Shown piece after piece: positions 1-16,673 of a stretch of DNA of 64,000 nucleotides. Location of the stretch: assembly GCF_988243305.1 (NCBI RefSeq), contig NZ_OZ547136.1. The stretch is one strand, 5' to 3'. Position 1 is the stretch's first letter; each line of letters starts with the position of its first letter. The notes beneath the pieces were generated by a model. It saw nothing but the letters and a program-made list of their open reading frames with translations. It was not told the origin of the DNA and did not search any database. Made by a program: the position numbers and the translations under genes.

Positions 1-1
1 C

Positions 2-4633
<4,632 letters not shown>

Positions 4634-4640
<7 letters not shown>

Positions 4641-5245
4641 CAGAACAACAACGTCGCGAACTGGACTGGGAAAAAACCGACGGACTGATGCCGGTGATTG
4701 TGCAACACGCGGTATCCGGCGAAGTGTTAATGCTGGGCTATATGAACCCGGAAGCCTTAGACAAAACCATCGAAAGCGGCAAAGTCACCTTCTTCTCGCG
4801 CACTAAACAGCGACTGTGGACCAAAGGCGAAACGTCGGGCAATTTCCTCAACGTAGTAAATATTGCGCCGGACTGCGACAACGACACGCTACTGGTACTG
4901 GCGAATCCTATCGGACCAACCTGCCACAAAGGCACCAGCAGCTGCTTCGGCGACACCGCTCACCAATGGCTGTTCCTGTATCAACTGGAACAACTGCTCG
5001 CCGAACGCAAATCTGCCGACCCGGAAACCTCCTACACCGCCAAACTGTATGCCAGCGGCACCAAACGCATTGCGCAGAAAGTAGGTGAAGAAGGGGTGGA
5101 AACCGCACTGGCAGCGACGGTACATGACCGCTTTGAGCTGACCAACGAGGCATCTGACTTGATGTATCACCTGCTGGTGTTGTTGCAGGATCAGGATCTG
5201 GATTTAACAACGGTGATTGAGAACCTGCGTAAACGTCATCAGTGA
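4634..5245 (+). CDS. hisI: phosphoribosyl-AMP cyclohydrolase / phosphoribosyl-ATP pyrophosphatase
   Basis: 203 aa ORF, last gene of his operon. Confidence 0.93.
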
Positions 5246-5286
5246 GTTGCGGGGTAAGCGGATGCGATGTTGTCGTCGCATCCGGC

Positions 5287-5330
5287 AAAAAAAACGGGCA
5301 AGGTGTCACCACCCTGCCCATTTTCTTTAA
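5287..5330. terminator. bidirectional rho-independent terminator between convergent hisI and wzzB
   Basis: GC hairpin gggcaaggtgtcaccaccctgccc (about 5296-5319) flanked by an A-run upstream and a T-run downstream, so it is hairpin plus U-tract on either strand. Confidence 0.7.
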
Positions 5331-5341
5331 AACCGAAAAGA

Positions 5342-6319
5342 TTACTTCGCGTTGTAATTACGCAGAGCATTACGCCCCAACACAATCCCCGCGCCAACCA
5401 TGCCGCCCAGCAGCACCGCCAGAATCAAGGTAATTGCCTTTTTCGGGCTATCGCGACGAATAGGTAACGTCGGTTTCATCACATAACGGTAAGCATGAAT
5501 ATCAAGATCATCAACCTTTAAGTTTTCAATATCCAACAGGTTTTGACGTGTCTGATAGTAGTTTGGTGAGAACACCAACGGACGGGTCGCCTCATGCTTA
5601 ATCATCGACTCCAGCGCTTCGCTACCCAAAAGGAACAACGTATCTTGCGTCACATCTTCAGTCTGCTGAACCTGTGGCTTTGTCACCTGCGCCTGATTCG
5701 CATACTGCAACGCTTCCTGAATCTGACGGATACGCAGATCTTTCTGCTCCTGCGCAACTACTTCCTGCGTTCTTAAAGAGTCCTGCAAGTTTTTCCGTCC
5801 CAGAGCAATGTTGTCCTTGAGATCCTTTTCTAACTCTTGATTCACTTTATCGTCAACTTGCTGAATGTATTGGGCCAACTTCATTTGTGCGCCCTCTGCA
5901 GTTTGCCCAACATAAGAAACAGTTAATGGTAATTGCTGGTTCTTAACAGAAGGTTCGATGGTAAGTTTTTCTGGTTCTTCCTGATTATCCAGCGTTTCTG
6001 CTAATGCAGAGAAGGCAGAACTGAAGCGACCAATTAACGTCTCCTGCAAATCCGATACTTTCGGTGCAGCCTGACCATAGATAACATTCATGGCATTGTT
6101 ATAGCCAGCAATTTGCCCCACGTCGGGCTGAGTGATAATTGCTGTTGACGTCCATTTCTCCTTCGCTACTACCAAATATCCAATAGCCAGGGCAATAGCC
6201 ACAATGACGGAAATGATGATTGTCATCTTGCCACGCCACAACTGCACTAGTAAATCAATCAAATCAATCTGTTCCGGGTCATGGTTTTGCCCAGAAACAT
6301 TATTATTTTCTACTCTCAT
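5342..6319 (-). CDS. wzzB: O-antigen chain length determinant (polysaccharide co-polymerase)
   Basis: ORF 5342-6355; N- and C-terminal transmembrane segments; start placed at the Met of MRVENNN (6319) by recollection of the known protein start. Confidence 0.85.
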   Translation of the reverse strand: MRVENNNVSGQNHDPEQIDLIDLLVQLWRGKMTIIISVIVAIALAIGYLVVAKEKWTSTAIITQPDVGQIAGYNNAMNVIYGQAAPKVSDLQETLIGRFSSAFSALAETLDNQEEPEKLTIEPSVKNQQLPLTVSYVGQTAEGAQMKLAQYIQQVDDKVNQELEKDLKDNIALGRKNLQDSLRTQEVVAQEQKDLRIRQIQEALQYANQAQVTKPQVQQTEDVTQDTLFLLGSEALESMIKHEATRPLVFSPNYYQTRQNLLDIENLKVDDLDIHAYRYVMKPTLPIRRDSPKKAITLILAVLLGGMVGAGIVLGRNALRNYNAK

Positions 6320-6464
6320 CATTACCCTAACTGACGGAAATTTCCAAGTCCGCATAGTTTAGCGATAATCCCCGTGAATGCTATAGGATAAGCGATAAAA
6401 ATAATGAATTATTGCGGAGGTAACAAAAGACAATCAGGGCGTAAATAGCCCTGATAACAAGATG

Positions 6465-7640
<1,176 letters not shown>

Positions 7641-7820
7641 TCAGAATTAACTTAACTGTGAATCATGATGTTTTTAGCATCCTGATAAGAGCTAAAAGTT
7701 TTAACGCTACGTTGTTCGATGGTCAACGCAACGAAAAACAATTCAGATTTTCTTTATAAGAATAGCTGATATTTATTAAGTTAATATTAAGCAGTGAAAT
7801 TTAGTCTATAAGATAATTGG

Positions 7821-7852
7821 CAAAAAAAAGCCCGGTGCAATATACGCCGGGC
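7821..7852 (-). terminator. rho-independent terminator downstream of gnd
   Basis: inverted repeat gcccggtg...cgccgggc followed on the minus strand by an 8-nt T-run. Confidence 0.7.
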
Positions 7853-7879
7853 CTCAATTTTATTGTTGGTTAAATCAGA

Positions 7880-9286
7880 TTAATCCAGCCATTCAGTATG
7901 GAACACACCTTCTTTATCAATGCGCTTATAAGTATGCGCACCGAAATAGTCACGCTGTGCCTGGATCAGGTTCGCAGGCAGAACAGCGGCACGGTAGCTA
8001 TCGTAATAGGCAACCGCAGCAGCGAAGGTCGGAACCGGGATACCGTTCTGTACTGCATAAGCAACGACATCACGCAGCGCCTGCTGGTAGTCATCGGCAA
8101 TTTGCTTGAAGTACGGAGCCAGCAGCAGGTTAGCGATCTGCGGATTTTCGGCATAAGCATCGGTGATTTTCTGCAAGAACTGCGCACGAATGATGCAACC
8201 AGCACGGAAAATCTTCGCGATTTCGCCGTAGTTCAGATCCCAGTTGTACTCTTCAGACGCTGCGCGCAGCTGAGAGAAACCCTGAGCGTAAGAAACGATT
8301 TTGCCCAGATACAGAGCACGACGAACTTTTTCGATGAACTCACCTTTGTCGCCAGCTGGCTGCGCTTGCGGGCCAGAGAGAACTTTAGATGCGGCAACAC
8401 GCTGCTCTTTCAGAGAAGAGATATAACGTGCAAACACAGACTCGGTAATCAGCGACAGCGGTTCTCCGAGATCAAGCGCGCTCTGGCTGGTCCATTTACC
8501 GGTACCTTTGTTAGCCGCTTCATCCAGGATCACATCAACCAGGTAGTTACCGTCTTCATCTTTTTTGGTGAAGATGTCTTTGGTGATGTCGATCAGGTAA
8601 CTACTCAGTTCACCGTTATTCCACTCGGTAAAGGTCTGTGCCAGTTCTTCGTTAGAGAGATTCAGGCCGCCTTTCAGGAGAGAATAGGCTTCAGCAATCA
8701 GTTGCATATCACCGTATTCAATACCGTTGTGAACCATCTTCACATAGTGACCCGCGCCATCAGCACCAATATAGGTAACGCACGGTTCGCCATCTTCAGC
8801 AACGGCGGCGATTTTGGTCAGGATCGGAGCAACCAGTTCATAGGCTTCTTTCTGCCCACCAGGCATGATGGAAGGCCCTTTCAGCGCCCCCTCTTCACCG
8901 CCGGAAACACCGGTACCGATGAAGTTAAAACCTTCGGCAGAAAGCTCACGGTTACGACGAATGGTGTCCTGGAAGAAGGTGTTACCACCATCAATGATGA
9001 TGTCACCTTTATCGAGGTATGGCTTGAGAGAATCAATAGCAGCATCCGTGCCTGCACCTGCTTTCACCATTAACAGGATGCGACGAGGCGTTTCCAGAGA
9101 TTCAACGAACTCTTTCACCGTATAGTAAGGAACCAGTTTCTTGCCTGGATTTTCGGCAATCACTTCTTCCGTCTTCTCACGGGAGCGGTTGAAAATAGAG
9201 ACGGTATAACCACGGCTTTCGATGTTGAGCGCAAGGTTGCGCCCCATCACTGCCATACCGACGACGCCGATCTGTTGCTTTGACAT
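7880..9286 (-). CDS. gnd: 6-phosphogluconate dehydrogenase, decarboxylating
   Basis: 468 aa ORF, N-terminal [16 protein letters not shown]-binding motif. Confidence 0.95.
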   Translation of the reverse strand: MSKQQIGVVGMAVMGRNLALNIESRGYTVSIFNRSREKTEEVIAENPGKKLVPYYTVKEFVESLETPRRILLMVKAGAGTDAAIDSLKPYLDKGDIIIDGGNTFFQDTIRRNRELSAEGFNFIGTGVSGGEEGALKGPSIMPGGQKEAYELVAPILTKIAAVAEDGEPCVTYIGADGAGHYVKMVHNGIEYGDMQLIAEAYSLLKGGLNLSNEELAQTFTEWNNGELSSYLIDITKDIFTKKDEDGNYLVDVILDEAANKGTGKWTSQSALDLGEPLSLITESVFARYISSLKEQRVAASKVLSGPQAQPAGDKGEFIEKVRRALYLGKIVSYAQGFSQLRAASEEYNWDLNYGEIAKIFRAGCIIRAQFLQKITDAYAENPQIANLLLAPYFKQIADDYQQALRDVVAYAVQNGIPVPTFAAAVAYYDSYRAAVLPANLIQAQRDYFGAHTYKRIDKEGVFHTEWLD

Positions 9287-9448
9287 TGTTTACTCCTGTC
9301 AGGGGTGGTCACCGCCGAGTGTGCGGCTTAAATGTGGTATAGATGTTAACTCACTCATAGAGATGGTGAATAGCATTACCTTTGCGATACCACACTGAAT
9401 ATCTCATCTTTTCCGTCTTTTAAAACCTATTTATATGAATTTACTCAA

Positions 9449-10819
9449 TTACTTATTCAGTAACTCAAGGATAAGTTTTGTCTTTTCTTCCATCAGCGGC
9501 ACATCACCGCGCGATTCCACATTCAGGCGCACCACCGGTTCGGTGTTGGAGGAGCGCAGGTTAAAGCGCCAGTCGGCAAAGGTCATGCTGATGCCATCGG
9601 TACGATCCACCGCCAGCGCCTCGCGGCTAAAGTGCTGTTCGACGCGGTTAATCGCCTCAACGGGTTGCGCCAGTTTGCTGTTGATCTCACCGCTTGCCGG
9701 AAACGCTGCCATCCGGTCGCGCACCAGTTCGCCCAGCGTTTTTCCTTTCAGGCACACCAGTTCGGCTACCAGCAGCCACGGGATCATGCCGCTGTCGCAG
9801 TAAGCGAAATCACGGAAGTAATGGTGAGCGCTCATTTCGCCACCATAGATGGCGTCTTCCTTGCGCATACGTTCTTTAATAAAGGCGTGTCCGGTTTTCG
9901 ACATCACCGGAGTGCCGCCCGCGGCGGTCACCACATCAACGGTATTCCAGGAGAGACGTGGATCGTGGATGATCTTCGCGCCGGGATTTTTTTCGAGGAA
10001 CGCTTCTGCCAGCAGGCCGACAATGTAATAGCCCTCGATAAACTGCCCTTTTTCGTCAAACAGGAAGCAGCGGTCAAAATCGCCATCAAAGGCAATGCCC
10101 ATATCCGCTCCGTGTTTGATGACCGCATTGCGGGTGTCGTCGCGACATTCCGGCAGCAGCGGATTAGGAATACCGTTGGGGAAATTGCCGTCCGGCGTGT
10201 TGTGTACTTTGATTAATTCCACCGGTGCGCCGAGGGCTTTAAATCGGGCTTCAATGGCGTCCACCACCGGACCCGCCGCGCCGTTCCCGGAGTTAATCAC
10301 CAGCTTGAGCGACGTGAGGTTTTTGACGTTGATATAACCGAACAGGTGCTCAACGTAAGCGTCACGCAGATTGATTTGTTGATAGCGACCGCGTTTGGTT
10401 TCATCGACGGGAGGAAAGTCGTTGGCTTCTGCCAGACGCTGGACATCGCGTAGTCCGGTATCACCGCTGATCGGGCGAGCCCCCTCGCGAACCAGCTTCA
10501 TGCCGTTATAATCCATCGGATTATGGCTGGCGGTGACTTCAATGCCGCCATCCACGCCGAGATGGAACGTGGCGAAATAGATTTCTTCGGTGCCGGACAT
10601 GCCAATATCCAGCACATCGACGCCCGCATCCTGTAAACCTTTCGCCAGCGCCAGTTTTAAGGTTTCGCTGGTGAGGCGGGCATCACCGCCTAACACAATG
10701 GTTTTCGGTTTGAGAAATTCGCCATAGGCGCGACCAATGCGCCACGCAATATCTTCATTCAGTTCTTCGCCTAATTTCCCGCGAATATCATAGGCTTTAA
10801 AGCAGGTTAATTTTTTCAT
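9449..10819 (-). CDS. manB: phosphomannomutase, O-antigen cluster copy
   Basis: 456 aa ORF; nearly identical over most of its length to the colanic acid copy at 31900-33270; diverges only in the last ~15 codons. Confidence 0.9.
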   Translation of the reverse strand: MKKLTCFKAYDIRGKLGEELNEDIAWRIGRAYGEFLKPKTIVLGGDARLTSETLKLALAKGLQDAGVDVLDIGMSGTEEIYFATFHLGVDGGIEVTASHNPMDYNGMKLVREGARPISGDTGLRDVQRLAEANDFPPVDETKRGRYQQINLRDAYVEHLFGYINVKNLTSLKLVINSGNGAAGPVVDAIEARFKALGAPVELIKVHNTPDGNFPNGIPNPLLPECRDDTRNAVIKHGADMGIAFDGDFDRCFLFDEKGQFIEGYYIVGLLAEAFLEKNPGAKIIHDPRLSWNTVDVVTAAGGTPVMSKTGHAFIKERMRKEDAIYGGEMSAHHYFRDFAYCDSGMIPWLLVAELVCLKGKTLGELVRDRMAAFPASGEINSKLAQPVEAINRVEQHFSREALAVDRTDGISMTFADWRFNLRSSNTEPVVRLNVESRGDVPLMEEKTKLILELLNK

Positions 10820-10843
10820 ATAAAAACCTTACCAATAATAAAA

Positions 10844-11602
10844 TTATTTATGCGCAAATAATTGCATTAGTTTTGATATTTTTCTGATAATGATAGCAAT
10901 TTTCCAATTTACATTATGGTTTTTCATAACTTCTACAATTTCCTTTGTACTTGATATCGCGTTATCAATTCTGGTACTTTCCCCACCCAATCTCATCTTT
11001 ACAAATACTTGAGGAACATAAATAACTTTAATATCATCACGTTTCAAAATCCTGACCATCTGATCATAGTCTGCAGCAATCCTATAGGATAAATCAAAAT
11101 ATCCATCGTCTTTATATAATTCCCTCCTCATATAGAAAGATGGATGCGGTGGTGCCCAGCCTAATGATAGCTTAGAACGTTTAAAAGGACCACTACGCCA
11201 GTATCGTTTGATTATATCAATTTGGTTTTTTTCGAAAAAAACCAAATCACCGTATACAACATCCGCTTTTGTCTCATGGAAACGGCTTACAATAGTTTCA
11301 ATAATATCAGGTCTTGCTAAAAGGTCATCAGAATGAACGAATCCAATAATATCTCCCGTAGATAAATTTATACCTTTATTTAAAGCATCATAGATACCGT
11401 TATCGCTTTCTGATAGACATTTGGTTACTCTTGTTGATACTTCGTTAATTAGTTTTAACGTATTATCTGTAGAACCACCATCAATAATTATATACTCTAT
11501 ATCTTTATAGGTTTGCAACTCTATTGACTCTAAAGTATCCCTTAAAGTCTTTTCACTATTATAAGTCACTGTAATAATACTGACTTTCATTTTAACATCC
11601 AA
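10844..11602 (-). CDS. glycosyltransferase, family 2-like
   Basis: 252 aa ORF; N-terminal SIITVTYN...DGGSTD motif typical of GT-A fold; AT-rich; start may be the internal Met at MKVSIIT. Confidence 0.75.
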   Translation of the reverse strand: MDVKMKVSIITVTYNSEKTLRDTLESIELQTYKDIEYIIIDGGSTDNTLKLINEVSTRVTKCLSESDNGIYDALNKGINLSTGDIIGFVHSDDLLARPDIIETIVSRFHETKADVVYGDLVFFEKNQIDIIKRYWRSGPFKRSKLSLGWAPPHPSFYMRRELYKDDGYFDLSYRIAADYDQMVRILKRDDIKVIYVPQVFVKMRLGGESTRIDNAISSTKEIVEVMKNHNVNWKIAIIIRKISKLMQLFAHK

Positions 11603-11673
11603 TAATAATCATAATTAAATAACGTCAGTACCGCATTACGAATAATAATGTTGCATTAGTATCCAGCATCATT

Positions 11674-13074
11674 TTAGATTCTAACAACATCATCTTCATC
11701 CAAGTAAACACCTGAACGTACCTCAATAATCTCCAAAGGGATCTTTCCTGGATTCTCAATAAAATGAGGTACACCTATTGGTATATAAGTTGATTCATTT
11801 TCAGAAACAAGAAATATTTCATCTTCATAATGGACTTTTGCTGTTCCAGAAACAACAATCCAATGCTCAGTACGATGGTAATGAATCTGTTTAGCAGTTT
11901 TATGTCCAGGATGAATAACGACATGTTTAACCTCAAATCGAGATCCTTCCGCTATAGAGTCATGACTGCCCCATGGCCTAAATATTTCACGATGCTGCAG
12001 ATATTCCGTACGGTTATTAACTTTAAGTTTTTCTACAATATTTTTTACCTGTTGAACTTTATCTTTATGCGCAACGAGAATAGCATCTTTAGTTTCAACA
12101 ACTACTAAATCTTTAACTCCTACTACACCAATTAATCTATGTTGTGAGTAAAGATAACTGTCAGAAGAATCATGAATTAATACATCTCCTCTAATTGCAT
12201 TTCCACTTTTATCTTTTCTGCTAATTTCCCATAATGCAGACCAAGAACCAACATCGCTCCAGTGGGCATTTAATGGAACTACCACAGCCTCTGTTGTTTT
12301 CTCCATAACAGCGTAATCAATGGATTCTTCAGGGCAACAACTAAATGAGTCATTATCTATACGGATAAAATCAAGATCTTGTGTAGAGGACTTCAATGCT
12401 TGTTGGCATATTTTTAGTATGTCTGGTCTAAATTTATTCAACTCATCAATAAACACAGAAGCCCTAAACATGAATATTCCACTATTCCAAAGATAATCTC
12501 CATCTTCAAGATATTTTTTGGCCACATCTAGCTCAGGCTTTTCAACAAAAGCAGAAACTTTAAAACCATATTCATTTAAATTTTCTCCGGTTTTTATATA
12601 GCCATATCCAGTTTCGGGTTTGGTTGGCACAATACCAAAAGTTACCAGCTTACCTTCCTCTGCAAATTCTTTTGCAGCCAATATTGACGATATAAAGCGC
12701 TTTTGGTCTTGTATTTCATGATCGGCTGCTAGTACAAGCAGTATTGGATCCTCACCTGATGAAATCGCTTTAAGAGCAGCAAGCGCAACTGCGGGGGCAG
12801 TATTACGACCTACCGGCTCTAGTAAAATGCCACTATTCGCTAAATTTACATTACGCATCTGTTCTGCAACGATAAAACGATGAACTTCATTACAAATAAC
12901 CAGAGCAGGACGATGTTCAACCCCTTCAAGCCTTCTTAAGGTCTCTTGTAGCATAGTCAAACGACTAGTTAACGACAGGAATTGCTTCGGATATAGTGTT
13001 CGAGAAAGTGGCCACAATCTAGTTCCAGAACCACCGGCCATTACAACAGGAAGTAGCATATAAATAACCTTCAC
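11674..13074 (-). CDS. manC: mannose-1-phosphate guanylyltransferase, O-antigen cluster copy
   Basis: 466 aa ORF; [19 protein letters not shown] nucleotidyltransferase motif; paralog of the colanic acid copy but divergent and AT-rich. Confidence 0.88.
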   Translation of the reverse strand: MKVIYMLLPVVMAGGSGTRLWPLSRTLYPKQFLSLTSRLTMLQETLRRLEGVEHRPALVICNEVHRFIVAEQMRNVNLANSGILLEPVGRNTAPAVALAALKAISSGEDPILLVLAADHEIQDQKRFISSILAAKEFAEEGKLVTFGIVPTKPETGYGYIKTGENLNEYGFKVSAFVEKPELDVAKKYLEDGDYLWNSGIFMFRASVFIDELNKFRPDILKICQQALKSSTQDLDFIRIDNDSFSCCPEESIDYAVMEKTTEAVVVPLNAHWSDVGSWSALWEISRKDKSGNAIRGDVLIHDSSDSYLYSQHRLIGVVGVKDLVVVETKDAILVAHKDKVQQVKNIVEKLKVNNRTEYLQHREIFRPWGSHDSIAEGSRFEVKHVVIHPGHKTAKQIHYHRTEHWIVVSGTAKVHYEDEIFLVSENESTYIPIGVPHFIENPGKIPLEIIEVRSGVYLDEDDVVRI

Positions 13075-13526
13075 TTAAAATAATTTTTTGTGTACTGATG
13101 AACTGAGGAATTAGCTAACAATTCGGCTATATCGAACCAATTGTAAGTACTATGTTGTAGTGTTGGATAGTTAATTTGATGTGGCATCAAACTAATCTCA
13201 TATCCGTGTACGACATAATGAGTTGAAAAACAAGTCCCAGAAAAATTGTCGCTGTAGAAATGTTCATAAATCCCAAGAAATTTTGCTTCATTAATGCTAA
13301 TTTGAACACCCAATTCTTCAAAAGTAACTCTTTTGAATGCGTTCTCGAAAGACTCATCTTTAAGAATCCGTCCCCCCGGCACAAACCAATAATTTTGTGC
13401 TGGACGATTAAGGCGCTGACCAAGCAGCGCCTTACCATCTTCGTTTCTTATAATAAGGTCTATCGAGATTAGTGGAGTATGTTCAACTATTGATTTAAAT
13501 AACTCTGTTTCTAATCTCTTGTTCAA
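13071..13526 (-). CDS. gmm: GDP-mannose mannosyl hydrolase (Nudix)
   Basis: 151 aa ORF, Nudix-like, between fcl and manC as in the colanic acid cluster. Confidence 0.8.
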   Translation of the reverse strand: MNKRLETELFKSIVEHTPLISIDLIIRNEDGKALLGQRLNRPAQNYWFVPGGRILKDESFENAFKRVTFEELGVQISINEAKFLGIYEHFYSDNFSGTCFSTHYVVHGYEISLMPHQINYPTLQHSTYNWFDIAELLANSSVHQYTKNYFK

Positions 13527-13528
13527 TA

Positions 13529-14494
13529 TTAACTCCTAAATGAGTCAAGATTATTTATAAACCATTTATATGTTAATTCTAGTCCTTGTTTTAAATTATA
13601 ACGATATTTCCAGCCCAAATTCTCAAGGCGTGTAACATCCATAAGTTTACGAGGCGAACCATCTGGTTTTGTTATATCAAAAACAATTTTTCCATCATAG
13701 CCAACAACTAAAGCCATTGTTTCTGCCATTTCACGTATGGAACAATCAACACCAGTACCTACGTTAATATGAGATAACATTGGTTGAGTATTTTTTTTAT
13801 AAATTTCATCATCAAGCTCCATCACATATACTGATGCAGCTGCCATATCATCAACATATAAAAACTCGCGTTTTGGAGTTCCCGTTCCCCAGACAACCAC
13901 TTCATTTAAACCAAGTTCCTTTGCTTCATGAAAACGCCGCATAAGCGCTGGAATTACATGTGAGTTATTGGGATGAAAATTATCATTCATACCATATAAG
14001 TTAGTAGGCATTACACTGCGATAATCACATCCATATTGGCGATTATAAGATTCACATAGCTTTATACCTGCTATTTTGGAAATAGCATAAGGCTCATTAG
14101 TAGGCTCAAGAGTTCCCGTCAAAAGTGCAGATTCTTTCATTGGCTGTTCTGCAAACTTTGGATAGATACAACTTGACCCTAAGAATAATAGTTTCTTTAT
14201 GCCCGCTTTATAAGATGAGTGAATAATATTGCTTTCAATGAGAAGGTTCTGATAAATAAATTCAGCTGGAAAAGTGTTATTAGCATGAATTCCTCCTACT
14301 TTTGCTGCTGCAAGGTAAACCTGATCTATTCTCTCTTGCTCAAAAAAACATTCAACATCCTTTTGAACTGTCAAATCGAGTTCTTTGTGAGTTTTGACAA
14401 TTAACTCAACATCATTACGTGCTAATAATTGACGACAAATAGCAGAACCAACCATCCCACGATGTCCAGCCACAAAAATTCGCTTCTTGGTCAT
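13529..14494 (-). CDS. fcl: GDP-L-fucose synthase
   Basis: 321 aa ORF; N-terminus [13 protein letters not shown] matches the colanic acid Fcl paralog. Confidence 0.88.
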   Translation of the reverse strand: MTKKRIFVAGHRGMVGSAICRQLLARNDVELIVKTHKELDLTVQKDVECFFEQERIDQVYLAAAKVGGIHANNTFPAEFIYQNLLIESNIIHSSYKAGIKKLLFLGSSCIYPKFAEQPMKESALLTGTLEPTNEPYAISKIAGIKLCESYNRQYGCDYRSVMPTNLYGMNDNFHPNNSHVIPALMRRFHEAKELGLNEVVVWGTGTPKREFLYVDDMAAASVYVMELDDEIYKKNTQPMLSHINVGTGVDCSIREMAETMALVVGYDGKIVFDITKPDGSPRKLMDVTRLENLGWKYRYNLKQGLELTYKWFINNLDSFRS

Positions 14495-14497
14495 ACT

Positions 14498-15619
14498 TTA
14501 ACGCTCCAAAGAGACTGCCACGTCAAAACCATGGCTTTTAAGAAGTGCATGCTGTTTAGCTTTTTCTAAATCACTAGCCACCATTTCTGCACACATTTCT
14601 TCAACTGTAATCTCTGGCTCCCAACCCAAGACATTTTTTGCTTTTGTTGGATCACCAAGAAGAGTTTCAACTTCTGCTGGTCGAAAATAACGAGGGTCAA
14701 CGCGAACAATAACATCACCAATATTAACACCAACGGCGCAATCTGATGTTTTATTTACAACCATTGCAACCTCATCAACACCAGTACCGGAAAACTCAAG
14801 TTCAAGTCCAACTTCTTTAGCAGACATACGGACAAATTCACGTACAGATATTTGTTTGCCAGTGGCAATAACAAAGTCTTCTGGCTGGTCTTGTTGAAGC
14901 ATCATCCATTGCATACGAACATAATCTTTCGCATGCCCCCAATCACGTAAAGAATCCATGTTGCCAAGATATAAGCATTTTTCTATTCCCTGCGAAATAT
15001 TAGCTATAGCACGTGTGATTTTACGTGTTACAAACGTTTCCCCACGACGTGGGGATTCATGATTGAACAAAATACCGTTGCATGCATACATTCCATAAGA
15101 CTCACGATAGTTTACAGTGATCCAATATGCATACAGTTTAGCTACGGCATAAGGTGAACGAGGATAGAACGGCGTTGCCTCTTTTTGTGGAACTTCCTGA
15201 ACTAATCCATACAATTCAGAGGTTGACGCCTGATAAAATCGGGTTTTTTTTTCTAATCCCAAAAAACGAATAGCTTCCAATAATCGTAAAGTACCTATAG
15301 CATCAACATCAGCTGTATATTCTGGGGATTCGAAGGAAACAGCTACGTGACTCATTGCTCCGAGGTTGTAAACTTCATCAGGTTGAACTTCAGATAATAT
15401 ACGAGTCAAATTAGAAGTATCTGTTAAGTCACCATAATGAAGGTGTAATTTTAAATTAATATTATGGGGATCTTGGTATATATGGTCAATACGTCCAGTA
15501 TTAAAAATAGAAGAACGTCGTTTTATTCCATGAACCTCGTAACCTTTATTTAGTAGAAACTCTGCCAAATATGAACCATCTTGACCAGTAATGCCAGTAA
15601 TTAATGCTTTCTTTGTCAT
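14498..15619 (-). CDS. gmd: GDP-mannose 4,6-dehydratase
   Basis: 373 aa ORF; [20 protein letters not shown]-terminus, highly similar protein to the colanic acid Gmd, but AT-rich DNA. Confidence 0.9.
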   Translation of the reverse strand: MTKKALITGITGQDGSYLAEFLLNKGYEVHGIKRRSSIFNTGRIDHIYQDPHNINLKLHLHYGDLTDTSNLTRILSEVQPDEVYNLGAMSHVAVSFESPEYTADVDAIGTLRLLEAIRFLGLEKKTRFYQASTSELYGLVQEVPQKEATPFYPRSPYAVAKLYAYWITVNYRESYGMYACNGILFNHESPRRGETFVTRKITRAIANISQGIEKCLYLGNMDSLRDWGHAKDYVRMQWMMLQQDQPEDFVIATGKQISVREFVRMSAKEVGLELEFSGTGVDEVAMVVNKTSDCAVGVNIGDVIVRVDPRYFRPAEVETLLGDPTKAKNVLGWEPEITVEEMCAEMVASDLEKAKQHALLKSHGFDVAVSLER

Positions 15620-15629
15620 AAAATTATTC

Positions 15630-16664
15630 CTACAGTAGTTTCTTGTAAATATCGATAGTTTTGTCAGTACATTTTTTCCAAGAAAAACGTTGTGCTTGAG
15701 ATAAACCTTTCTTAATAATTTGATTTCGATTTCTATTTATAAATGATATACCATCAATAAGGTTGCTTATACTTAACTCATCCATCAAATAACCGGCGTC
15801 ACCTGCAACCTCTGGTATTGAGGAGTGATTATACGCAATGAATGGGCATCCTGCCCTCATTGCTTCTAAAAGAGGAATACCAAATCCTTCATAACTTGAC
15901 GGATAAATAAGAGAATGAGCTTGATTAAATTTTAGATTCAACTCTTGCTCAGTTAAATATGGATAATGAATATATCGATATGGTATATATTTATCAAGTA
16001 AAAATTTCTCAGCCTTTCCCAAAGGGCCTCCACCTACAATATATAGTTTGAACCCCTCTAATTTGTTTATTGCTTCAACTGCAAGTTGAAAGTTTTTATA
16101 TGCTTTTCTCGAACCAATAAAAAGCATGAAATTATCATCATCGTTATAATTAACGTTTTTTAATTCATAAAAATTATCAGACACCCCATTGTGAATGATT
16201 TCGATTTTACTTTCAGGTACTGGACAATACCTCAACAAATCATTGGCAGTATTTTCTGAAATGCAAATTATTTTATCACTGTTTTTTATAGCATTGTACT
16301 TCTGATGACAATGAACGTATTTACGTAAACCTGACATATATTTTTCATATGTAAAGTCATGTACTGTTGTTATGTTTTTATTTTTTTTGCCCTTACTAAA
16401 TCTATAATAACTAGAATGTAATAGAGAGTTTTCAGGAATATCAACAGCTCGATACCTTTCAAGAAAGCGAGGATATAGATTAATATAACGTCCAGGTTGT
16501 CGCACATCTTCACTTATAAATTGACAGCCTGTATTCTCATAGTTTAATATCGTATATTCAATATTTGTGGCTTTTATCGCTTTTATTATTTGATTATAAT
16601 AAACAGAAATGCCACCGTATGACTGGAGATTATATATAATACCATCCAAATATAACATAGGCAC
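15630..16664 (-). CDS. glycosyltransferase, GT-B fold (family 1/4-like)
   Basis: 344 aa ORF; C-terminal [19 protein letters not shown] motif typical of GT4 retaining transferases. Confidence 0.75.
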   Translation of the reverse strand: MPMLYLDGIIYNLQSYGGISVYYNQIIKAIKATNIEYTILNYENTGCQFISEDVRQPGRYINLYPRFLERYRAVDIPENSLLHSSYYRFSKGKKNKNITTVHDFTYEKYMSGLRKYVHCHQKYNAIKNSDKIICISENTANDLLRYCPVPESKIEIIHNGVSDNFYELKNVNYNDDDNFMLFIGSRKAYKNFQLAVEAINKLEGFKLYIVGGGPLGKAEKFLLDKYIPYRYIHYPYLTEQELNLKFNQAHSLIYPSSYEGFGIPLLEAMRAGCPFIAYNHSSIPEVAGDAGYLMDELSISNLIDGISFINRNRNQIIKKGLSQAQRFSWKKCTDKTIDIYKKLL

Positions 16665-16673
16665 CTTTTATAT

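Noticed and set aside
7898-9073. 391-aa plus-strand ORF antisense to gnd
   Set aside because: Entirely inside the gnd coding region on the opposite strand; translation is low-complexity and Arg/Phe-rich, typical of a spurious antisense ORF through a highly expressed GC-balanced gene.
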